From positions 1 to 36,377 of the forward strand of contig CALWTG010000003.1 in the NCBI GenBank assembly GCA_944384385.1: a DNA stretch of 36,377 bases. Reading direction: 5' to 3'. The notes below the pieces were generated by a model, which saw only the letters and a program-made list of their open reading frames with translations, did not search any database and was not told where the DNA came from. The position numbers were made by a program, and so were the translations under genes. Position 1 is the stretch's first letter; each line of letters starts with the position of its first letter. The DNA is from an uncultured Clostridia bacterium (lineage in GTDB: Bacteria; Bacillota; Clostridia; Christensenellales; UBA1242). Shown one piece after another: positions 1-6,793 of this stretch.

Positions 1-885
1 CTTGTAACGCTTTTTAAGTCTAGATAATGTTCTATGACTGGGCTTTGTTTTAATAAAACCTGTTTCTTTAAGTATCCAATGACGATTTAGAAACATAAAG
101 CCTTTGTCAATCCGCCATATTTTAGTTTTCTTTAGGTTTAGTTTCAATTTTAATTTTTCGCTAAACTCTTTTAAAACCTCAATACACTCTCTTAATTTTT
201 CTTTTGAGTTGCAAATAATGTATCCATCATCCATATACCGACCATAATATTTCATGTGCATTTTTTCTTTTAAAAAGTGGTCTAGTTCATTTGTGTAAAA
301 CAATGCACTGATTTGAGAGATTTGACTTCCCAGTCCAAGTCCAGCTTCACCCTCGAAAGAATTTACAAAGTATTCATATAAGTTGAATAACCTTTTGTCA
401 TGTATAAGTTTTCTAGCCTTTTGCAGTAAAATTTTATGATTGATGCTGTCAAAGAATTTTGAAAAATCAAAAGTTAAAATGTATCCAACATTGCCTTTAT
501 TCTTGCGAAAATACTTTTGTAGATGGGCTTTCAACCTGTTCGCTGTAAACATCAGTCCTTTATTTTTCATGCAAGCACCATTGTCATAAATTAAACTTTT
601 TGAAAGTAGTGGCACTAGAAAGTAATCACAAAAACATTTTTGAACAACTCTATCTTTGATGTGCAGTGCTTTTATTTCTCGTGTTTTTCCTCTCTCGTGT
701 ATTTTAAACTTTGCAAATGGTCGTTGCTTATATGTTCCACTATGTAGAGAATTATAGGTTTCTGCTATGTTCTGTATGGAACGGACTTGATAATTTTTGG
801 TAGATGTTTTCCAATTTACACCTTTGCAACATTCTTTATAACTATTGAATAAGTTTTCAAATGTGAATACTTCTTCAAATTTCAT
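1..885 (-). CDS. DGR reverse transcriptase (3' end truncated by window edge; absent from ORF track)
   Basis: Manual translation from ATG at 885 (AGGAG RBS upstream) is open for 295 codons to base 1: MKFEEVFTFENLFNSY...ERGKTREIKALHIKDRVVQ...TFDFSKFFDSINH...GLGLGSQISQ...YYGRYMDDG. It has the YxDD catalytic motif and a GxxxSQ motif in place of QGxxxSP. Confidence 0.96.
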   Translation of the reverse strand, partial: MKFEEVFTFENLFNSYKECCKGVNWKTSTKNYQVRSIQNIAETYNSLHSGTYKQRPFAKFKIHERGKTREIKALHIKDRVVQKCFCDYFLVPLLSKSLIYDNGACMKNKGLMFTANRLKAHLQKYFRKNKGNVGYILTFDFSKFFDSINHKILLQKARKLIHDKRLFNLYEYFVNSFEGEAGLGLGSQISQISALFYTNELDHFLKEKMHMKYYGRYMDDGYIICNSKEKLRECIEVLKEFSEKLKLKLNLKKTKIWRIDKGFMFLNRHWILKETGFIKTKPSHRTLSRLKKRYK

Positions 886-1053
886 CCTAAACTCCTTTGT
901 AAGATATTCTCGAATAGCCAATTACTTAATTAAAGTAAGGCTCATCAAAGGTCAAATTTTTAACTACTATGTAGTTAGGGAAATATAGTTCCTTTTGCAT
1001 TATGCCGCTTTCGCTTTAAAGAGCTACTTTGTTTGGCAAATATTTCGTAAAAT

Positions 1054-1178
1054 CAGAGAGCCACCGCACGAGTATTGTTGGCATTGTTGTTGTTGACATA
1101 CCCATTGTTATTCCAGTTAGCAAAATTGTTAGTGTTGTTAGGGTTAGGAGAACGAAGCCACTGGTTGTTGCCAAACCT
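1054..1178 (-). repeat. DGR template repeat (TR)
   Basis: 125 nt non-coding repeat between avd and RT. Minus strand reads RFGNNQWLRSPNPNNTNNFANWNNNGYVNNNNANNTRAVAL* with 17 AAC/AAT codons; aligns without gaps to 1783-1907 and 21228-21334. Confidence 0.97.
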
Positions 1179-1193
1179 CCGGGTGATTTACAA

Positions 1194-1586
1194 CTATATA
1201 CCCAAGCGTTGCTTGTCTTTATTTTTAACGCCTTTTATAAGTCTTTCAGTAATTCCTATCAAAGTCGCCCACTTATTCCAATACTTATCTTCAAGCTTGA
1301 TGTAAGATTTTATAAGCTCTAAATGATTGCTTAAGCAAGCCAAAGTTCCAAGCGCATCATCAAGCAATTCTGTTCGTTTTTGATAGTATGTTTTAAGGTC
1401 TAAATTGTTTGCTTTAATAAGATTATCCAAGACAGCTTGTGCATACTTATAAGTGTGTATAACGCCATAAAAAGTATATTTTTTAGGTATCTTACTACAC
1501 ATGTGCACTGTGAATTTTAATAAATCTCTCGCATAACTTATAAATTCCATAGTGCTTTCACTTCTTTTGTATGCTGGAACGCTCAT
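1194..1586 (-). CDS. avd: DGR accessory variability determinant (Avd-like four-helix bundle protein)
   Basis: 130 aa basic helical protein with IPKKYTF motif and C-terminal W...LIKG segment, immediately upstream of TR and RT. Confidence 0.88.
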   Translation of the reverse strand: MSVPAYKRSESTMEFISYARDLLKFTVHMCSKIPKKYTFYGVIHTYKYAQAVLDNLIKANNLDLKTYYQKRTELLDDALGTLACLSNHLELIKSYIKLEDKYWNKWATLIGITERLIKGVKNKDKQRLGI

Positions 1587-1704
1587 TTTGCTTTTTCTCC
1601 TTTTCTAAAAGCTTTTCATACTCTTCTTTTGTTAGATACATAATGCCAGTTTGATATACACCATTTACCACTTTTTCATATCTAACAGCAATTTTGTCTA
1701 TCAC
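1558..1704 (-). CDS. Small hypothetical protein (48 aa), not in ORF track
   Basis: GAGGTG RBS 5 nt before GTG at 1704; MIDKIAVRYEKVVNGVYQTGIMYLTKEEYEKLLEKEKKQNERSSIQKK*; overlaps the avd start. Confidence 0.55.
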   Translation of the reverse strand: MIDKIAVRYEKVVNGVYQTGIMYLTKEEYEKLLEKEKKQNERSSIQKK

Positions 1705-1722
1705 ATACCCACCTCTCTTTTA

Positions 1723-1740
1723 GCACGCTTTTCAGCGTGC
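1723..1740 (-). promoter_or_regulatory. DGR homing hairpin/cruciform downstream of VR1
   Basis: GCACGCT-GAAA-AGCGTGC: perfect 7-bp GC-rich stem with GAAA loop, 29 nt after the target stop codon. Confidence 0.85.
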
Positions 1741-1769
1741 AGATTACTTTAGATTGATTTAGCAGTAGG

Positions 1770-3008
1770 CTAAATGCAAAAGCAGAGAGCCACCGCACGA
1801 GTAGGGTTGGCACCGTTGATGAAGACATACCCATAGCTATACCAGTAAGCAAAACTGTGAGTGATGTTAGGGTAAGGAGAACGAAGCCACTGGCAGTTGC
1901 CAAACCTTAATTTCTTCTCCTCATATTCTTTGTAATACTCATACTGCTCACCCTCAAGCCCAACCTTACTATAACTTGTTGTATATCTTTTTGATGTATC
2001 GCTACCAAACACTTCGCCATCAGCCAATAAGAATAGCCAGTCTTTTGTTTTTATAATTGTGTTATCGCTAGAGCTTTTGTTTCCACCATATCCACCCCAT
2101 GTAAGCTTTGTTACTTGTTTTATTACAGCTGACAAGTCGGTAGGAAGTCCAGCAATAAATGCTCCATCGGCTTCCAAAGTTGTTTTTGAATAATATTTTG
2201 TGCCTTCAACATAATCAGTAGGCAATGTAACCTGTGTGAATGTTTCGTTGTCATCATTTAAAGTGTAATAAGTTCCTTCAGTAGTGCTTGTTACAGAAGT
2301 ATCAAAAACATATTGGTCTTCATTGCTCTTTAAACAATTGCTTCTTATAAGAGAACCTATCCATGAAATACCATTGATATTTGCTGGAGCTGTATCCCAG
2401 TGTTTATAAGTTGAGCTTGTGTATGGCAGTTTAAATGTGATGCCAGCTTTTCCACTTCCACTTGCCAAATCATCATGGTCAAAACCTATAATAGTTGCTC
2501 TTGTGTAAGTTGTTGATGTTTGTCCCATAAATGCTGATAAATCTTTAGTATCACCCAAACTCCACATATACTTTGCATATCCACCCTCTGATGCTGTTTT
2601 AATTTCATTCCAAGTATAGTCATCAAAAGCTTTGCCTGTTTTAACATTGTAAACACCCATTTCACTAATTGTAACCGTGTTAGTCCATACTTGAGCGTTT
2701 TCACTATTCTTTGCCTTAAGTGTGTATGTCCCAGCAGTATTAAGGTTAAATTCCACTGCACCACCACTTGTTCCTGTGCTCTTGCTTTCTATAAGTGCAT
2801 CATCTATCCCATATAATTCAATTGTTATATTAGGCAGTTCTGCTGTCTTGATTTTGTAACTATTCCCACCACTTGGAATAGAGTTTACGCCAGCTGTAAG
2901 CTCAGGCAGTGAAACATTAGTATTTGCGACAGTAACTGTGCCACCTTTTTGAGTAATTGCATTTTTAATATTTTGCAATTCCTGAAAAACATCTTGTTGT
3001 GTTGCCAT
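1770..3008 (-). CDS. DGR target protein 1; probable receptor-binding/tail-fibre tip protein with C-terminal CLec-like (DUF6273-like) domain
   Basis: 412 aa at the end of the tail cluster; motifs DWLFLLADGEVFG, GEQYEYY, WLRSP; VR1 encodes the C-terminus. Confidence 0.9.
   Translation of the reverse strand: MATQQDVFQELQNIKNAITQKGGTVTVANTNVSLPELTAGVNSIPSGGNSYKIKTAELPNITIELYGIDDALIESKSTGTSGGAVEFNLNTAGTYTLKAKNSENAQVWTNTVTISEMGVYNVKTGKAFDDYTWNEIKTASEGGYAKYMWSLGDTKDLSAFMGQTSTTYTRATIIGFDHDDLASGSGKAGITFKLPYTSSTYKHWDTAPANINGISWIGSLIRSNCLKSNEDQYVFDTSVTSTTEGTYYTLNDDNETFTQVTLPTDYVEGTKYYSKTTLEADGAFIAGLPTDLSAVIKQVTKLTWGGYGGNKSSSDNTIIKTKDWLFLLADGEVFGSDTSKRYTTSYSKVGLEGEQYEYYKEYEEKKLRFGNCQWLRSPYPNITHSFAYWYSYGYVFINGANPTRAVALCFCI
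1783..1907 (-). repeat. DGR variable repeat 1 (VR1)
   Basis: 125 nt ungapped match to TR with 17 mismatches, every one at a TR adenine (T on + strand). Confidence 0.97.
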
Positions 3009-3009
3009 T

Positions 3010-3255
3010 TTAATTTCCTCCTTCTAACACATAATTTCCAGTCATGAGCTTATTGCACATCTCTGGTGAAAAATAACCATATTTGCCATTGAGAAGAAGG
3101 TCAAAATAATCGTAGTGAATATAATCATCTTCATCAGCGGCTATCTCTAAAGCATTGATTTCACTAGCAAAATTTAGAGCTGGTATTTGCGCTGTTGTTC
3201 CTTTTTTTGCTCTTATTGCATCAGCAATATCTTCCAATAATTCAACTAAAGTCAT
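3010..3255 (-). CDS. Small tail-associated hypothetical protein
   Basis: 81 aa; LEDIADAIRAKKGT...FASEINAL resembles the N-terminus of target 1; translationally coupled to the upstream gene. Confidence 0.7.
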   Translation of the reverse strand: MTLVELLEDIADAIRAKKGTTAQIPALNFASEINALEIAADEDDYIHYDYFDLLLNGKYGYFSPEMCNKLMTGNYVLEGGN

Positions 3256-4721
3256 CAGTAAGACCCTCCTATAACTTCTCCTATTGCATCTTCAATTGCT
3301 TGCTGAACATAGCTCTGCATTGTCGATTGTGAAACAGTATCAATTACAAGATTTATTCCATTGTTTGTCTTTGTTTGCTCCACACCATTAAGTTTTATTG
3401 ATTGTATTGCTGTGTCAGCTTTTTCGCCCTGTTCGCTTGTCGCATAAGCAGAGCTTTCGGTGTATGCAGCACTTTTAAGCCCAGTAACTGAAATATTGTC
3501 TGTTGTGCTAGATGTTCCATTTACATTCTTTGTAACCTTTATTGTCCCATTATTTGTGCCACCAACAATAGCTATATCATTAAGTCTAGAGCTTTCAATT
3601 GATGTTACTTTACTTTTTAGCGTATCATAGCCTACAAGCGACATTGTTCCATCATTTTCAATTGAAACTTTACCTTCGGCATTTTCGCCTTTTACTATAC
3701 CTAAACTCGCATTTGTAGCTTTACTTACAGTATCAGAGCCATCATCTCTCCACCCTATATTGTCATTTTCATAGTAATGCCAAACATGATATGTTTCATC
3801 TATAACAACAGCAATACCAGTGAAAGGTGAAGTATATCCTAAATTTTTAACAAATGTATCTATTTCGGTTGCAGAAGGGTTAGTTTTTGTATCGTATAAA
3901 TATCTTGATGCCTTTCCCTCTACTGCTTGCATTCTCTCAGATAAATCATTCAATGTAGAAACTTGTTCTTTTGACATTAAGCCTCTGCTTGTAGTAGATG
4001 CAATCTTTAATGCTGTTGATTTGCTTAATAAAATTGAGCCATCATCAACACTTCTTTTTACAACCCTTATATTCATAGTATCCGCATTACTATCTTCAAA
4101 ACTTTCTCCAACAACCTCGGTTACAATAGCATTTGGCGTTTCTGCATTTGTGAAAGAACTTTTATTTATCTTTTTGTTGATTTCGTTACTAAGTGTTGTA
4201 TTTAATTCTGTCTTTGCAGTTTGAACATCACTTATAAATGCCATCTTTTCTTCTGATGTTGTGCCGTTTGTATCTTTAACTGAAACTTTAGGGTTTTTGG
4301 TAAGGCTTGAGTTGTTTATGTCTTTCATTGAGTGGTGCAACTTTAGTGGTATATTTGGGCTTCCCATCTCAACATTTTCAAAACCACCTTCGTTTTTTAT
4401 AACAACAAGCTGCTCTGTTGTTCCATTACCCCTTTCGCCATACAAAGTATTACCCTCGGCAATTTCTATATCACTGTCTATTGTTTGTATAGTTTCGCTT
4501 TCAAGCTTTACATCTTTGGCATTTTCATTATCTATGTATGTTTTTTGTGCTGTTGAAACAGGTTTATTAGCATCACTTGTGTTATCAACATTTCCAAGTC
4601 CTAAACTCTCTGCAGTAATATTTGGTATCTCTCCCGCAGTATTTTTATAATTTATAAGCTCATTAAGGGCATTTTTTAACTCCTCAGGCTTATTAACTTC
4701 AATTAGTGATAATGTTTTCAT
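3255..4721 (-). CDS. Tail fibre-like protein
   Basis: 488 aa; LGLGNVDNTSDANKPVSTAQ, ASTTSRGLMSKE and ATSEQGEKADTAIQS segments typical of phage fibre shafts. Confidence 0.75.
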   Translation of the reverse strand: MKTLSLIEVNKPEELKNALNELINYKNTAGEIPNITAESLGLGNVDNTSDANKPVSTAQKTYIDNENAKDVKLESETIQTIDSDIEIAEGNTLYGERGNGTTEQLVVIKNEGGFENVEMGSPNIPLKLHHSMKDINNSSLTKNPKVSVKDTNGTTSEEKMAFISDVQTAKTELNTTLSNEINKKINKSSFTNAETPNAIVTEVVGESFEDSNADTMNIRVVKRSVDDGSILLSKSTALKIASTTSRGLMSKEQVSTLNDLSERMQAVEGKASRYLYDTKTNPSATEIDTFVKNLGYTSPFTGIAVVIDETYHVWHYYENDNIGWRDDGSDTVSKATNASLGIVKGENAEGKVSIENDGTMSLVGYDTLKSKVTSIESSRLNDIAIVGGTNNGTIKVTKNVNGTSSTTDNISVTGLKSAAYTESSAYATSEQGEKADTAIQSIKLNGVEQTKTNNGINLVIDTVSQSTMQSYVQQAIEDAIGEVIGGSY

Positions 4722-4730
4722 TTACCCCTC

Positions 4731-5537
4731 CTATTTTTCATAACCCTTTATCATTGTTGTTCCATTTCTCGGTGCTAAAAACCACCCTTCTCTTCTATCT
4801 TCGTCATGTCTCCACCCTCCGACAAATGCAGTAAATTTCACCCTTAACGGTTCAAATTTAAAAACATCGCTTTCGCCAGAGGGAGTTGTGCTATCTTCGC
4901 CTAAAAACACTTCTATACACTGCTTTTGTTTGTTATATTCAAATCTAATCATTTTGCCCGGCTCTATCCATCCATTATTGCCACTATAGTGGTCATCAGC
5001 AACCTGACTTCCATTGATAATGACTTTATAGCCATAAAATGCATATTTGTTTAAATATCTACCTTTTAAACGAACTTCAACATCTGCTAATAATTTATTG
5101 TCTCGTATGCGATAAATTCTTAAGTGAGCCTCTTTTGTAGGTTTTTTACTTCTGCCTAATGTCGAGTCAAAATCTTTTTTATCTCTACCAATAAAACAAC
5201 AAAACTTTTTGCAATAATCTTTAAAATCAACATAAGCTTCATAGTTATACCAGCTATTTTCATCACCGCTAAAACTTGGAATTTCAAAACTTTCATCTTT
5301 TATTTGAACATGGTAAACAGGGTCAGAAGCTAAATACCCTTTTTCACTCAAAGCTGGATATCTTGATATTAAACTCGACATATTGTTCGTATTTAATATA
5401 AAATATTTATCAGATATTGTTTTGTGTCGAGTATTTCCTGTCTCATATACAATTTTTTTCTTCCCAAAACTTAATTGGGAAACAAAATTATCTCCTTTGT
5501 ATATTGCTTTGATTACTTTATTGCCTTTATAAATCAT
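4731..5537 (-). CDS. Hypothetical tail protein, possible non-diversified receptor-binding module
   Basis: 268 aa aromatic/beta-rich; N-terminal IYKGNKVIKAIYKG motif; TAATG overlap with the upstream fibre gene. Confidence 0.6.
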   Translation of the reverse strand: MIYKGNKVIKAIYKGDNFVSQLSFGKKKIVYETGNTRHKTISDKYFILNTNNMSSLISRYPALSEKGYLASDPVYHVQIKDESFEIPSFSGDENSWYNYEAYVDFKDYCKKFCCFIGRDKKDFDSTLGRSKKPTKEAHLRIYRIRDNKLLADVEVRLKGRYLNKYAFYGYKVIINGSQVADDHYSGNNGWIEPGKMIRFEYNKQKQCIEVFLGEDSTTPSGESDVFKFEPLRVKFTAFVGGWRHDEDRREGWFLAPRNGTTMIKGYEK

Positions 5538-6793
5538 TATGCCTCCTCCACAAAATACAATGTGTTATTGTCTGCAGAAGTTGGCAGACTGGTAACGACT
5601 GCTAGTTTTAAACATCCTGATGGTATATTCCCAGAAGGGTTATTTGCAACAAAATTCGACTGTGTTGCTTTTATTGAATTTGAAGAGTTATTAGCATTCG
5701 TTGCATTTCCTACAGTCATATTTGGGAAATTTCCAGTTTTTGTTGCATAAGTATCAGAAATTTTTGCGCCATTATTATCTTTTACTGCTTTATCTGCTAC
5801 ATTTGCATTCGTTGCATTGTCCGCGTTTGTTGCTTTGCCAACCGTCATACCTGTATATGTCCCATTTTGCTTTGCGTAATTTCCTTTAATGTTTACGCCA
5901 TCTTCATCTGCTTTTGCAGTATCAGCGAGTGTAGCTTTTCCAGCTTTTAGGTTTGCATAAGTTCCATTTTGTTTTGCATATCCATTAGATATGTTTACAC
6001 CATATTGGTCTGAAACAGCTTTGTCTGCATTGTCTGCGTTTGTTGCACTATTGGCGCTACCACTTGTGGATGCATAAGTCGCATTTTCTGCATTATCAGC
6101 ATTTTGAGCACTATTGACTTTTTGCCCACCCGAAATAATTTTCGAAATCATTTCCTCGTTATCATTCATTGTTGATAAGTCAGGGAGCCCATCTAAGTCT
6201 TGATATTTATTTGTAAGCCCAACTTTAGCTAAACCAATTACATGTTCTGCATCAACAACTGATGTGCCTATAATAAAACCCTCTCTCTTTACATAAATAC
6301 TTAGATAGCCTGCACCATTGTTTTCGTGAAAACATCTAACAGTTGCATCACTTTGTATTTCATATTGATTTACCGATATATAATTGCCATTACTATCAAG
6401 CAGGAACATATCCACGCCAACTTCTTTGTAGTTCGTTATTCCATGCGTTTCGGGCGAAACAATAACTTCATACATATCTGTTTGCTCATTGTATTCCCAT
6501 GTATCCTTATTTAAAGTTAGTTTATATGTTTCTTTAATTTTGCTCGTTTCTATAAAATCTTCTAAGTTCCCATCGACTTGTCCTAAAGCAGTATTTACTT
6601 CATCTACAACCCTATCAATTTCTGCTATTGCAGAATTTGCAGCATCAATAATTGGCTGATAAAATCTTCTTTTAATTTCTTCTGCCGAATATCCACGCTC
6701 GCTTGGGTTTATTGGTAGTGTTTGAGCCGATTTTCTCGTTATTGCACTTTTTGTTTCTGCGCTTACCTTTTTTACTAAAGTAACTTCATCCAT
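5537..6793 (-). CDS. Tail fibre-like protein with internal repeats
   Basis: 418 aa; NADNA-type repeats, three ~35-40 aa repeat units, C-terminal VVTSLPTSADNNTLYFV. Confidence 0.75.
   Translation of the reverse strand: MDEVTLVKKVSAETKSAITRKSAQTLPINPSERGYSAEEIKRRFYQPIIDAANSAIAEIDRVVDEVNTALGQVDGNLEDFIETSKIKETYKLTLNKDTWEYNEQTDMYEVIVSPETHGITNYKEVGVDMFLLDSNGNYISVNQYEIQSDATVRCFHENNGAGYLSIYVKREGFIIGTSVVDAEHVIGLAKVGLTNKYQDLDGLPDLSTMNDNEEMISKIISGGQKVNSAQNADNAENATYASTSGSANSATNADNADKAVSDQYGVNISNGYAKQNGTYANLKAGKATLADTAKADEDGVNIKGNYAKQNGTYTGMTVGKATNADNATNANVADKAVKDNNGAKISDTYATKTGNFPNMTVGNATNANNSSNSIKATQSNFVANNPSGNIPSGCLKLAVVTSLPTSADNNTLYFVEEA

Larger units (their letters stand above)
1..3008 (-). mobile_element. 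Diversity-generating retroelement core cassette (target/VR1 - avd - TR - RT)
   Basis: Same gene order as the Bordetella phage BPP-1 DGR; TR and VR differ only at adenines; RT has DGR-type motifs. Confidence 0.97.

Noticed and set aside
1-885. RT as group II intron, retron or Abi RT
   Set aside because: GSQISQ motif, adjacent avd and adenine-specific TR/VR pairs identify a DGR.
1054-1178. GTT/TTG-rich repeat as a CRISPR array or microsatellite
   Set aside because: No repeat-spacer periodicity; fully explained as the AAY-rich DGR template.
1029-1322. Plus-strand ORFs 1029-1322 and 1075-1305
   Set aside because: Shadow frames antisense to TR and avd; the Val/Leu richness is the reverse complement of AAC repeats.
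1682-1903. ORF 1682-1903 and its look-alike 21058-21396 (both contain GFVLLTLT...LVRWLSAF)
   Set aside because: Alternate frames over VR1 and VR2; the similarity comes from the DNA repeat, not a gene family.
3820-4650. Plus-strand ORFs 3820-4224 and 4261-4650, and similar antisense ORFs throughout the window
   Set aside because: Fully antisense to well-supported genes, with no recognisable motifs.
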